Positions 40,801 through 49,971 of a stretch of 59,604 nucleotides of DNA are shown here, one piece after another. The stretch spans positions 1 to 59,604 of the forward strand of contig WAKA01000131.1 of the NCBI GenBank assembly GCA_015523565.1. The letters run 5' to 3'. The position numbers were made by a program, and so were the translations under genes. The notes below the pieces were generated by a model that worked only from the letters and a program-made list of their open reading frames with translations, searched no databases and was not told the origin of the DNA. The stretch's first letter is position 1. Each line of letters begins with the position of its first letter. The DNA comes from Candidatus Heimdallarchaeota archaeon (GTDB taxonomy: Archaea; Asgardarchaeota; Heimdallarchaeia; Heimdallarchaeales; Kariarchaeaceae).

Positions 40801-41687
40801 TGCAATGATGAGATGATTGCAGTAAAGGATTTGGCGGAGGCAATCTTGTCAAGGACATCATCCACCATATCGGCGGAATTTCCAATAAGAGCGTCTTGAA
40901 AATCATTTTCGAGACGATTAACCAAATATTCTTGAAAAGAGGAAGAAAGAAATATGGTTGGCAAATCCAAGTATATCACAACCATATCATCCCATAACCT
41001 CTGTACATGTTGTAAAAAGGCGGAGGATCCATCATTATGCTGGGAAATCATTATTTTCAGATCATCATGCTTTTTGATGCAATACTGTTTGAACTGATTA
41101 AACTGATTCTTGCGCAATAGAGGAAGCGTAGGAATAGCAAATTTCTGAAGAAAATAATCTGAAAAATAGTTTCTGTCTAAAAAATATTCAGATGTACAGG
41201 GAGAAAGTTGATTTCCTTGTTCCTTTTCCAAGCATAGTGATACCAACCATCCCTTTATAGTTAGTACAATCCCATCCCATCCAGTTTTCTTTCCTTTTGG
41301 TCGAATCAATGAGATCAGATTTTCATTGGATAGGGATTCAATGACATTAGTGTTGAATAATTGACGAAATTTTTTTTTGTTTCCAAATAGGGCACCCCAC
41401 TGGTCAACCTTTCCTTTTTTATCTGCCTGGTGCATAAGCATTATTTCTTTCCGTGATACTTTTCGGAATGCAGCACTTGGGACAAAAAGGTCAAGAGGGG
41501 TTTCGGGATTTTGGCATATGGATTCATGGATCAGGCGTGCAGAATGAAGCAAAAATTGGGCAGGGATAAGATTTAAACTCTTGCAATACCCTTTGACTTG
41601 ATTAAAGAAGTCTTGTGACAGTAGGGTATCATAGGAAATTTCAGGAAAATTTTCAATTGGCAAGGCACGATCATGTTCATTATGCAT
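37827..41687 (-). CDS. Large hypothetical protein: putative wHTH, degenerate P-loop ATPase (STAND/archaeal-ATPase-like) and Leu/Phe-rich helical region
   Basis: 1286 aa open frame; IMISQHNDGSSAFL at the Walker A position, VIYLDL, VIFAIDHAD at the Walker B position, IFPPIS. Confidence 0.55.
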   Translation of the reverse strand: MHNEHDRALPIENFPEISYDTLLSQDFFNQVKGYCKSLNLIPAQFLLHSARLIHESICQNPETPLDLFVPSAAFRKVSRKEIMLMHQADKKGKVDQWGALFGNKKKFRQLFNTNVIESLSNENLISLIRPKGKKTGWDGIVLTIKGWLVSLCLEKEQGNQLSPCTSEYFLDRNYFSDYFLQKFAIPTLPLLRKNQFNQFKQYCIKKHDDLKIMISQHNDGSSAFLQHVQRLWDDMVVIYLDLPTIFLSSSFQEYLVNRLENDFQDALIGNSADMVDDVLDKIASAKSFTAIISSLHKLFKPKEVIFAIDHADILFLNPDKIPPNISKLFKKVLSAKKTRSHFIFNIKSPPLFNEPNGDYFIFPPISRRSFADFAISCWLKNHFQKLDQDYVLGQLIDDFQTKLLDMETISNKTLSMNSLMFLGFQIIETPNLLFENPLKLKEIIDFTPYIISILETSEGSRFFGEIMRLYEKHYTDLSFPSFEWSFRDWIPIPTNGLSTLIEKCRSKFKFILLHTELCNNHVRITSDETLRKIIREVKTYSFSPIDMDVINKMSNVKKTFKSWESQLVYFNPYDRAELEELHSLLLQLLGNRSKMQRINLEHCAYFTSLLLISGTTVSEQLIEATFPYLEDVLMETLSLLQTIQNPIHEKTQLLETFSINLLELTQSSRTLRNLAGSLVECFVYLPDQYFPDLVLNALTWHYSSNHKMMTLIDFIISFGEKFNELLYSSDNTVSFASFASKIPRDELNHKFVNRLIMHYLNANWSDNAFYQYMDLLLKGEFLIEPDLIEELLHFVESRSPSLKTLMEYCLPQINGKLRFVDDFPIISLYLLLFDHDPITINSLQSLLQAFLDHLAQFNEDEALSFISIQNVLPDINLTDFYAIKIAGYAFVLQLPTSIIFTLRYRDKHLKQFLIEYLVKGWKYPKQLIGQERLIKELFSTHVENLPIEGRIDEFFQFLSIAKVNYSLYPKAVPFLVMSFFPKEQWYLQKFLEVILDRIDDFSQFNKVITIACVSSIIRDRIEVINEFLAFWFNKRTKKVFLQIFLFLWNEVTPTLFMEWDKLGDYYGELVSDFAFLSLMLKENVEFPSSLSSQVKTKLDCLAQLLQFLRFPDPIPNLSELSCISNYVKYLVIQKIFFDKTMLDHIMKNGFQGSKFLTSVIDDLVTTENLPHGFLMVIFYRLLEGYLQSLLHKVEITSIAYLSVLTHAFSNWLVRNPQQILNSMKNMHSSPDENLAVELQLRSFLSSSSRIKELFHSLPDDSKAQILNFLKKQSWDIQNLYGSVLEA

Positions 41688-41706
41688 TTTTTCACCGTGA
41701 AAGCCA

Positions 41707-42258
41707 TTAGTCCATTTGTAAAGAAGCTATGATTTCATCGACTAAATCTTCAAAAACTTTTTCTACATTGAATCCAAGCAAGGCAGAGGTTTCAATATAA
41801 CCAACATCATAACCAGACCAATCCGAAAGGGTTTCTGCGTACTGTTTAGCAACATCTGTTGGCACACACCATTTTTCACCCTCTTTTCTAAGATCAACCT
41901 TGTTTCCAACAAGGATAAAGGGAATCATTTTGCCAACGTTTTTCACAACCTCATTGATCCATTGTGGGATATGTTCATATGTTTGAGGTCTTGTCACATC
42001 AAAAACAACCAATGCACCATTTGCACCATTATAGTATCCCTCCCTGACAATTTCAAAATTTTCTTGACCTGCAAGATCCCATATTTGGAAAATGGTGTTT
42101 CCAACCCTTTTAATTCCAAAATCGGCACCAATAGTCATTAAGTAATTGTATGAAAAGCCTTCTCCAAGGTATCTTCTCCGTAGAGAAGTCTTCCCCACCA
42201 TAGGGTCACCGACTAGAACAAGCTTGAATGTTTGCTTTTGATCGAAATCCATCTTCAA
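41707..42258 (-). CDS. Rab-like small GTPase (Ras superfamily, eukaryotic signature protein)
   Basis: G1 GDPMVGKTS, G2 TIGADF, G3 WDLAGQE, YYNGANGALVVFDVT, G4 NKVD, G5 ETSA; no C-terminal prenylation Cys. Confidence 0.95.
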   Translation of the reverse strand: MKMDFDQKQTFKLVLVGDPMVGKTSLRRRYLGEGFSYNYLMTIGADFGIKRVGNTIFQIWDLAGQENFEIVREGYYNGANGALVVFDVTRPQTYEHIPQWINEVVKNVGKMIPFILVGNKVDLRKEGEKWCVPTDVAKQYAETLSDWSGYDVGYIETSALLGFNVEKVFEDLVDEIIASLQMD

Positions 42259-42375
42259 TTTGTTCTTTTAAGGAAATAATAGTATTTGTACTTATCCGTA
42301 TCTGAGTTAGATAAGTGCACCATTTCTCCAATCTACTGTGAAAAATAAAAAATAGGTGGAGATTTTAACAAACCT

Positions 42376-43131
42376 ATGCTGCCAGGAATAACCACCTCCC
42401 AAATGGAAGAGGTTGACAGGATTATGGTAGAAAACTTGAAGGTTCCAGTTGAACTAATGATGGAGAATGCAGGGGTTGCCATGGCAGAACTTGCATGTGA
42501 AATCTCATCACAAAAAGGGTTTTTGGTGATTGCTGGAAAGGGAAATAATGGAGGAGGAGGTATTGTCGCGGCAAGAAGATTGACCGCATGGGATGAAAAG
42601 GTGACGATATGGCTTCCATTTGGCAAGAAACAACTGAGGGAACTGCCAGCAAGACAATTGGAAAGGACTGAAAAATTTGGGGCAAAAGTAATTGAAGGAG
42701 TTGGAAATTTCCCAATAGAAGATTATGAAGGATGGATGATCATTGATGCATTTATAGGGTATGGCTATACTGGTGTTCCTAGAGGAGTTGTAAAAGATGT
42801 ATTTGAGTTTCTTTCACATCACAAAACGATAATTTCTTTAGATGCACCATCAGGACTAGATACAACAACAGGTACAATGCACAGTGATTTCAGTCCAATG
42901 AAAACGCTTACATTGGCCTTTCCAAAAACGGGATTGTTAAAGGCAAGGGATAAAGTGGGATCTTTGGAGTTGGCAGACATAGGCGTTCCAAAATATGTAT
43001 TTGAAAAGATGATAGACATTGATTGGAATAGTTATGAAAAGGACAATCTTGATTTATTATATTCAAAGTTTAAAGAAAGAAGAAGAGTCAATGTTCAAAT
43101 TATTGATTACAACAATTGGAGCTTACACTAA
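42376..43131 (+). CDS. nnrE: NAD(P)H-hydrate epimerase (YjeF N-terminal)
   Basis: LMMENAG, GKGNNGGGG, IDAFIGYG, LDAPSG, LADIGVP. Confidence 0.92.
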   Translation: MLPGITTSQMEEVDRIMVENLKVPVELMMENAGVAMAELACEISSQKGFLVIAGKGNNGGGGIVAARRLTAWDEKVTIWLPFGKKQLRELPARQLERTEKFGAKVIEGVGNFPIEDYEGWMIIDAFIGYGYTGVPRGVVKDVFEFLSHHKTIISLDAPSGLDTTTGTMHSDFSPMKTLTLAFPKTGLLKARDKVGSLELADIGVPKYVFEKMIDIDWNSYEKDNLDLLYSKFKERRRVNVQIIDYNNWSLH

Positions 43132-45551
43132 TTTTTTTTCCTCTGACGAAGAATTACGACACCAAAAGCAACAGCCATTAACAATGGCAATGCCATGATG
43201 GGACCATTGTCGGCACTTGTGTTTTGAGGGACAGGGGAAGTAGTTTCAGGAGGGGATGCAGAAGTGGTTGCTTGAGGTGTTGTAGTAGACGGAGTGGTGT
43301 CACTTGTCGTGTTTGAACTGGTTGGAGGGGGGGAGGAAGTGGTAGGAGGTGCTGAACTAGTGGTGGTTGAACTTGAGGTGGCAGGAGGTGATGTGCTGGT
43401 GGTGGGAGGAATTGTACTAGATGAAGGGGGAGAGGTGGAGGTGGTGGTTGGCGCAGTTGCAGTTGGTTCATAGTTCAAATTGAAATCAGGATCATGGACA
43501 ATTGAGCCACCATTCCATACGTCATAACTGACAACAATCAAGTTCGATTGATAGAAAAAGTTAACAGTTACGGATTCAACCAAGGAGCCAACTGTGGCAG
43601 TTCCAGCACTATCTGCAGATTCAGATTCTAGTGGACTGACAGATGTTTCTTTAAATGATCCACTAATCTGAATTAAAGTAATGGCATCAAATGCCGCACC
43701 ATAGGTCACATTGTTTAAAGTGTAATTTGCTTTGGGACCAGTTACATCTATTTCAGATGTTGGTTGACCTACACCAGTATTGATTGCCAATCTTCCAAAC
43801 CTTTCGGATCTGCTTGATGGAACTGTCTCATTGGACTCAGTAGCAGTGTATAGTGCCTGAGCGGCAAAGAATTCCGATTTGTAAACCGTTGACAGTGACA
43901 GACCATTCATTGCAGAGGTTAGCGAGGGATCTGTAACTCCATTGTAAATCCAAGTTGGACTAATTTTGACAAAACCAGTATCAGGATTGATGAGAACTAC
44001 ATAATTGTAACCTATGGTTTCTTGATCAATCACAGAGTTTCTGGGATTGGAAACATTGTACCATGTTACAGGAAAGTCATTGTAAGTTATGCCAAAATCA
44101 AATTTAACAGTGCCATTATCTGTGACAATTGGATCATTCCATCTAAAATCAGCAGAGGTGTTTGCATTTACATCACCATAACCAAAACTTTCAACATTAA
44201 AGAATGTCCTGTTGGAGCTTACATTGGTCTCATTCTGAGAAACACCCAAGCCATGGAAAACAACACTGGAATTATAGGTTGATTCCTTGTATCGACCGTT
44301 AACAATTGTGGTTTGGAATGCCTCCCCCAATCCAACATATGCCAATCTATCATCAGAATCAATCGTCAACCCGTCATCAGTCAATGCAAGGTCGAATCTT
44401 CCATTCCCGTTACCATCTTCGTAAGCGGCCATTGTTGTACTTGCTTGGATACCCCAAATAGCCAAACGTGCTTCAACATTGGTTTGGTTCATGTCAGTCA
44501 TGTTTGATGCTTTGGAGACAAAAAGGCTCGTGATACTCTGAAAAGTTGATATTGCGGTGGTTGATACTTGTTGGAAACCTGCTTCAACAAAATATCCTGA
44601 TGAAGAAGCAGTTATGGGCAACATATTACGGGGATACATGTCAAATGGGACAGCAGTCCCGTTTCTGGTTCCATTGGACGCAAATTCAAGATAAGTGAAG
44701 TCAACTGAATAGAATTGATAAGTGACAAAAGAGAAGATGGAATGGGTATAATTCGCCTGTATCCTGTCAAACATGTTGAATTCAAGCCCCAAGTTTTCCC
44801 CATTTGTTATTCTCACTTGGTATGCCTGTGCAGTTACATTGTATACAAACGATTGTGCAACATAATAATTGACAATAGAAATTGCCAGCTTAGTCCTTTC
44901 AACATAAACTTCATAAGACTTGGTTTGGACGTCAAAGATCAAAACTTCAGGGAAAATGACACCTGCCCTCCTTGTTACAGTGCCATTCTGGTATTTATGG
45001 AAATACTCCAAATAAGTAGAGTTGACAGGAAACTGCCCTAAGAATTTGCCAGTAGTAGAGATAACGTATGCAGTTTCTAGGCTGTACGCTTCAGTGACAT
45101 TAAGCTTCATCTGAAGTTTTCCATCTGTGCTGTTCAAAGGATTGAATCGTGAAGGAACAATAGTTCCCAACGTGACATTGACAAAAAAGTCAAGTGTTTG
45201 TTGGTTGTAGTATTCATCATAAGAAAATGTTTCATTCCCTCGTTCTTCTTGCCACGTTGTTTTGTAGAGTGTATTCATATGTGTGGCATTAGTAATTAAG
45301 TCAATATTTCTGACACCAGATCGAGTGTCATTCAACGTTTCAACTATTGACCCATTGAATGATTGTGTAAAATTTCCACTTGTAGAAAAATCAATGGACC
45401 CATAGGAGTAATTAAGGCCATTAATAGATCCACTGTTTATTGTTGCAAGTTTATGTTCTTGCATCGGTGTTTTTTTGAGGGGGGGCTGAAAGCCATTACC
45501 CATCACTAAAATTGCTGTGATAAAAATCAGAAGGAGAATTTTAAATCTCAT
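43128..45551 (-). CDS. Cell-surface glycoprotein with Ser/Thr/Pro-rich stalk and C-terminal anchor (HDPDF motif)
   Basis: Signal peptide, many N-X-S/T sequons, YEDGNGNGRFD loop, IVHDPDFN, long S/T/P tract, TM plus RQRKKN. Confidence 0.82.
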   Translation of the reverse strand: MRFKILLLIFITAILVMGNGFQPPLKKTPMQEHKLATINSGSINGLNYSYGSIDFSTSGNFTQSFNGSIVETLNDTRSGVRNIDLITNATHMNTLYKTTWQEERGNETFSYDEYYNQQTLDFFVNVTLGTIVPSRFNPLNSTDGKLQMKLNVTEAYSLETAYVISTTGKFLGQFPVNSTYLEYFHKYQNGTVTRRAGVIFPEVLIFDVQTKSYEVYVERTKLAISIVNYYVAQSFVYNVTAQAYQVRITNGENLGLEFNMFDRIQANYTHSIFSFVTYQFYSVDFTYLEFASNGTRNGTAVPFDMYPRNMLPITASSSGYFVEAGFQQVSTTAISTFQSITSLFVSKASNMTDMNQTNVEARLAIWGIQASTTMAAYEDGNGNGRFDLALTDDGLTIDSDDRLAYVGLGEAFQTTIVNGRYKESTYNSSVVFHGLGVSQNETNVSSNRTFFNVESFGYGDVNANTSADFRWNDPIVTDNGTVKFDFGITYNDFPVTWYNVSNPRNSVIDQETIGYNYVVLINPDTGFVKISPTWIYNGVTDPSLTSAMNGLSLSTVYKSEFFAAQALYTATESNETVPSSRSERFGRLAINTGVGQPTSEIDVTGPKANYTLNNVTYGAAFDAITLIQISGSFKETSVSPLESESADSAGTATVGSLVESVTVNFFYQSNLIVVSYDVWNGGSIVHDPDFNLNYEPTATAPTTTSTSPPSSSTIPPTTSTSPPATSSSTTTSSAPPTTSSPPPTSSNTTSDTTPSTTTPQATTSASPPETTSPVPQNTSADNGPIMALPLLMAVAFGVVILRQRKKN
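43215..43465 (-). repeat. Low-complexity Thr/Ser/Pro (mucin-like) linker
   Basis: PTTTSTSPPSSSTIPPTTSTSPPATSSSTTTSSAPPTTSSPPPTSS... Confidence 0.85.
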
Positions 45552-45638
45552 GGTACAAGAGAAAGGAAAAACAAAAATAAAAACAATTGGTAATGGAAAT
45601 TCACAATAAGATTAGGAAAAAAGACTCAAAAACAAAAA

Positions 45639-46142
45639 TTACTTAATTTTTTCCCACTTCTGAAGCATAAGTGATCCATCTTTTTTTTCAACAATTGCCC
45701 CCTCATAGTATGATAAAATATGGGGGTTTTCTAAATACTCTTTGATGACAAGCTCATCAGAAGGAACAATAGGTTTTGGAAGGTCATCAAGAGATGCCCA
45801 ATGCAAGGTTCCCTCTTTTGTAGGAATAACGGACTTATCTTTGGAAAATGAAACCCAATAATGTATCAAGAAATGAGCGATTTGTTTTTCACCAGAATAA
45901 AATATTTCATTCAAAATGGCAAATAGACGACCCCTTTTGATTGATATGCCAGTTTCTTCTTTTGTCTCCCTTTGCAAGGACTCAAACAAGGATTCTCCAA
46001 ATTCAGTCTTTCCTCCAATGAGTGCATAGTGATTGGCATAAGGGGCTTTGGTACGGTGGATTAACAAAATTTCAGACCCGTCAGGACTAAACAAGAGGTT
46101 GGCGGCAATAACAAGGATTTTCACAATGTGAATGAGAAGCAA
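45639..46142 (-). CDS. NUDIX hydrolase (MutT-like)
   Basis: GGKTEFGESLFESLQRETKEETG Nudix box. Confidence 0.9.
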   Translation of the reverse strand: MLLIHIVKILVIAANLLFSPDGSEILLIHRTKAPYANHYALIGGKTEFGESLFESLQRETKEETGISIKRGRLFAILNEIFYSGEKQIAHFLIHYWVSFSKDKSVIPTKEGTLHWASLDDLPKPIVPSDELVIKEYLENPHILSYYEGAIVEKKDGSLMLQKWEKIK

Positions 46143-46157
46143 CAGAAATTAAATGTT

Positions 46158-47186
46158 TCAAATACTTGACCAATAGTTTCTAAAAATTGCCTTCGCTTTT
46201 CGCAATGTGTTTTCAAACATTTCGGAAAAAACATCGTTGGAGAATTCAATCATTCGAGGGGTTTTCAAACCTGAAAAAAAGTTTACAGTTGCTTCCCCTA
46301 TTTTTCCGTAGTTATAACCACCTTCCAAAGTGACTGCAATACGTTGATGGCAGTTTTTATCTGCCAAATATGAGATGAGATGACCAAGTTGTGTGAATGC
46401 AGTAGTTGAGAGGGACAATGCACCATAGGGGTCTCCCGCCAATCCGTCAAGACCGAGGGATACAAGGATCATATCAGGTGAGAATTCATTGATTACTGGC
46501 AAGAATATTTCAGTAAAGGCAGTAAGATATTCTTCATCGCCTGTTTTTGGAGGAAGTGGAAAATTCAATGTCTTTCCAATCCCTTCGCCCTCTCCAATTT
46601 GTTCCAACCACCCAGTTCCAGGATATGCCACTCGTGGAGATGCATGGAGAGAAGCGTATAGGACATCTGCCCTGTGATAGAATATATCTTGTGTTCCGTT
46701 GCCGTGATGGTTGTCAATATCCACAATTGCAATCCTGTTAACTTGAAATGTCTTGTGCAATATTTCAGCGGCAATTGCAATATTATTGAAAAAGCAGAAT
46801 CCCATTGCAGCATTGACGGTTGCATGGTGTCCAGGGGGTCGTAACATTGCAAAAGAAACATGCTTTTTTTTGTATGATTCAAATGCCGCCTGAATGCTCC
46901 CTCCTGCAGCGTGAAGAGCGGCATTCCAAGTATGCTGGTTTGCGATGGTATCAGGAGTAAATTCGGTCCAGCGGTACAGCGAACTTTCTTTTATTTCTGC
47001 AATTAATTCAGGTGAATGAACTGCAAGGAGTTGCTTTTCAGTAACAGGAATAGAAGGGATGAACTCAAAGCCGAGATTGGACTTTTCTAAAGCTTGTTTA
47101 ATTAGAGTCAGCCTAACGGGTGCTTCCAAATGACCAGGACCCATTTCATGCAATAAACCTGTTGAGGATTCATAAACTGGGATCAT
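46158..47186 (-). CDS. Zn-dependent histone deacetylase family protein (class II-like / acetylpolyamine amidohydrolase)
   Basis: HLEAPVRL, RPPGHHA, GFCFFNN, DIDNHHGNGTQ, YPGTG, G.D...DP, LEGGY. Confidence 0.93.
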   Translation of the reverse strand: MIPVYESSTGLLHEMGPGHLEAPVRLTLIKQALEKSNLGFEFIPSIPVTEKQLLAVHSPELIAEIKESSLYRWTEFTPDTIANQHTWNAALHAAGGSIQAAFESYKKKHVSFAMLRPPGHHATVNAAMGFCFFNNIAIAAEILHKTFQVNRIAIVDIDNHHGNGTQDIFYHRADVLYASLHASPRVAYPGTGWLEQIGEGEGIGKTLNFPLPPKTGDEEYLTAFTEIFLPVINEFSPDMILVSLGLDGLAGDPYGALSLSTTAFTQLGHLISYLADKNCHQRIAVTLEGGYNYGKIGEATVNFFSGLKTPRMIEFSNDVFSEMFENTLRKAKAIFRNYWSSI

Positions 47187-47335
47187 TGACTAGATGTCGC
47201 TAGAATATTGATCTTTTATGAGTTATTGTCAGAACAGTGTGAAGAATACCACACCCTAGTGAAAGGAAATTTTTCTTTCAAAATTTCATTTTTCTTGAAA
47301 AGGGATTATAAGGTTAAATTGAGACATTCAGATGC

Positions 47336-47764
47336 ATGAAATCGTCAGTTAATGACTATGTTATAAGAGAGGCAACTGCAGAGGATCATGGCATGATATA
47401 TGATTTTTCATTGATTGCCAGTAAGGATGAGACAGTTCCTGATTTTTTGAGAAATGCAGGGGAGTTTGTGATTAAGAAAATTGAAGAGGGGAGATCAGGA
47501 GTCTTACTTGCTTTTTCTGATGAAGAATTAGCTGGAATTGTTGATGCCGACATTCTAGAATCAAAAATTGAGATCAGATCCGTTTATGTTCGAAAAGACC
47601 ATCGTAGAAAAGGTTTGGCAAGCCACTTGGTTAATAAGCTTATGGAGATATATCCAAATAAGGAAATGGTATTGGCAACTGCGGTGACAGAGAAGGGGAA
47701 AAAGTTTTGGGAATCAAATGGGTTTAGGGTTATGGAATGGAAAATGGTTAAAAAGATGGATTAA
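47336..47764 (+). CDS. GNAT-family acetyltransferase
   Basis: VYVRKDHRRKGLAS acetyl-CoA motif; FWESNGF. Confidence 0.9.
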   Translation: MKSSVNDYVIREATAEDHGMIYDFSLIASKDETVPDFLRNAGEFVIKKIEEGRSGVLLAFSDEELAGIVDADILESKIEIRSVYVRKDHRRKGLASHLVNKLMEIYPNKEMVLATAVTEKGKKFWESNGFRVMEWKMVKKMD

Positions 47765-49476
47765 GTGTATAACGTTGTAATCTTGGAGATGATTGCTTCA
47801 TTTCCAAGCACTTCCACAGCTTTCGGGAAACCAAATTCAGTCAATTGATTCAAGGAATCAAAAATTTGGAACGCTAGTGTGGCATCATTGGTTTTCAAGA
47901 GCCAATTTGCCATAAATTCAATAGTTCCTTCAACACCATATTTGTTCCAATATAGCCTTTGATGTCTGCGGATCCATCGTCCAAATGCTAAAAAAGCCTC
48001 ATCCATATCTTTTGCACCAGCAAATTCCAAAGTGAATTCATCAACATCGGTGTATTCACTCAGTCGCATTTGTAGGACAATATGCCAATCTTGTCTGACA
48101 CTTGGTAATTCAAGATTTTTCTTGAAAAATTCTTCCCATGGCAAATCAGGGTCAGAAATAAGGAAGGTTCCTGCACGAGTTCCATTGGCATCATGAATAA
48201 GGACACGAAATCCCCATTGATTGCTTTGACGAGGAGGAAGTTTAAGTAAATCTAATTTTAATTTTTCTTTAGTAATTTGTGCAGTATTGGCAAGAATAGT
48301 TGGCAGAGAAGGCGCCAATTCAACGAATTTTCCTGTTTCAAGGGCCCGGTGTATTTCTTCGCTGGGGAGTAGCGTAAGGGCATACATCAATCTTTCGTCT
48401 CCAGGTTGTAGAGTGCCATTGGTCCAGTATTCAAGATCAAAGGTTTCTTCAAGCACGATATATGGGCTTGGACTACCCAAAGTTATGTCAACAAGTCTAT
48501 TTGGGTTATCCCTGAGAAAATCTTCAGAAAGTTGTCCTGTCAGTCTCCATTCACTTTTCCCCTCACGAAAGATATCTTGAAGAATTTCAAGCATGACACG
48601 TGTCATCGTTCCTTCTCGTTCCACATGGTGCAATAGTCGTTCAAAGAAAACAAGTATTTGTGCAAAATCATTTCCGGTAATACCGTTCTGCCAATCCAAT
48701 AAATCATTGAATTGGACAATGAGATATCTGTCTTCCAACTTTGCAACATCCAAAGCATTTTCAAGTTGTTCCAGTTCATCAATCTCATCTTCAGTTTCAT
48801 CTTGTTCAAAAAGGTCACCAAGATCTTCATCTAAGCTACTGAAAACTTCAAGAAGCTCATCTTCTGCGATACCTAGTTCTGGGATAGTGCTAGGAGGAGT
48901 TTCAGAAACTGGAGAAGTGGAACCAAAATTTTCCAGTTCTGCAAATGGATTATCTAGGCTGGGTTGAAGAGGTGTATTTTGTTTCTCTTCTTTTACTTTC
49001 ACTTGTGAAAGGTTTGAACGTTTTTGTTTCCCTTTAGGGATTTTTGCCCAAAGGTCTTCAAGTTCAATTTCCTCTTTCATTTCAAAGAGTTTTTCAATTT
49101 CTTGTTCAATGATCTCTATGACACGAAAATATGACCAAATATAGGGGATTGACTTGAATGCCCCCTTATAGGTTCGAAGGTTCTCAAGACCTTGTTGAAG
49201 AGTGGTTCTAAATGCTACAGGCTCTACACGGAATGCCGCAAGTTGTTCTAGATCAAAATCCCTCCGAACCTTTTTAATGCTATCAGGAATGAGCTCTTTT
49301 CGGGTCACTAAATCCTCAGGCTGAAATAACAGGAACCACGCAAGGGGGATCATGTTTCTGCCGATGAATGACGGAAGGGCATCGTCACCAAGCAGTTTAG
49401 AGGAACCAATATAGAGAAAAGAGTCCATTTCAAGCCAATAACAGAGTCGTCCTAAATAAGATTGTAGGTTTATCAA
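47761..49476 (-). CDS. Hypothetical protein with central acidic disordered linker
   Basis: 571-aa ORF, likely start MDSFLY at 49428; acidic stretch EDELLEVFSSLDEDLGDLFEQDETEDEIDELEQLE between two globular parts. Confidence 0.7.
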   Translation of the reverse strand: MINLQSYLGRLCYWLEMDSFLYIGSSKLLGDDALPSFIGRNMIPLAWFLLFQPEDLVTRKELIPDSIKKVRRDFDLEQLAAFRVEPVAFRTTLQQGLENLRTYKGAFKSIPYIWSYFRVIEIIEQEIEKLFEMKEEIELEDLWAKIPKGKQKRSNLSQVKVKEEKQNTPLQPSLDNPFAELENFGSTSPVSETPPSTIPELGIAEDELLEVFSSLDEDLGDLFEQDETEDEIDELEQLENALDVAKLEDRYLIVQFNDLLDWQNGITGNDFAQILVFFERLLHHVEREGTMTRVMLEILQDIFREGKSEWRLTGQLSEDFLRDNPNRLVDITLGSPSPYIVLEETFDLEYWTNGTLQPGDERLMYALTLLPSEEIHRALETGKFVELAPSLPTILANTAQITKEKLKLDLLKLPPRQSNQWGFRVLIHDANGTRAGTFLISDPDLPWEEFFKKNLELPSVRQDWHIVLQMRLSEYTDVDEFTLEFAGAKDMDEAFLAFGRWIRRHQRLYWNKYGVEGTIEFMANWLLKTNDATLAFQIFDSLNQLTEFGFPKAVEVLGNEAIISKITTLYT

Positions 49477-49527
49477 TTATCAGAAATGCAAGAAAATTTT
49501 AACTTATTAAATAAGCAAGGATATAAG

Positions 49528-49971
49528 TTAAGTGGCAAGTATTTTGAATGGAATTTCAATAAATTTTTCCCGATCGATGGAAAGTTTCCAAAAACGTATT
49601 TTTGGGTTATTTCCATCAAACGAGACAAGTCCATAGACCCAATTGGGAAGTGCGTTTTGTAAATCCATAGAGGACAATCGGGATGTTCCATCAGGATGTG
49701 AATGATAAATACCAATGATATCTTGTCCTTCAGAATAAACCATTTCTTCAATATCTATTAGTTCCATTGGATCAACCAAGTATCTGTTTGTTTGATTTTG
49801 TGCAATATTTTTAAGGGGACGTGTGGAGATGATCAAGTCAGTTGACCCTACAAGCAATCCACATACCTCATTAGGAAGACCATGCAATGCATGGGTAGAC
49901 ATTTCATTGATAGCGTTCAATGAGACAGTCAAGAAGTCATACAATTGGGACGAACCCCTTGTCTTTTCCAT
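49528..49971 (-). CDS. JAB1/MPN+ (JAMM, M67) metalloisopeptidase
   Basis: PNEVCGLL and GIYHSHPDGTSRLSSMD (E...HxH x7 S x2 D). Confidence 0.92.
   Translation of the reverse strand: MEKTRGSSQLYDFLTVSLNAINEMSTHALHGLPNEVCGLLVGSTDLIISTRPLKNIAQNQTNRYLVDPMELIDIEEMVYSEGQDIIGIYHSHPDGTSRLSSMDLQNALPNWVYGLVSFDGNNPKIRFWKLSIDREKFIEIPFKILAT

Noticed and set aside
37827-42258. Split Roco (Roc-COR) protein or active NLR-like ATPase
   Set aside because: The GTPase is Rab-like and complete, no COR or LRR motifs were recognised, and the large ORF lacks the Walker A lysine
47187-47335. Possible structured RNA or tRNA in this and other intergenic gaps
   Set aside because: AT-rich, with no cloverleaf or convincing stem; more consistent with divergent promoters. 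A covariance-model search was not possible
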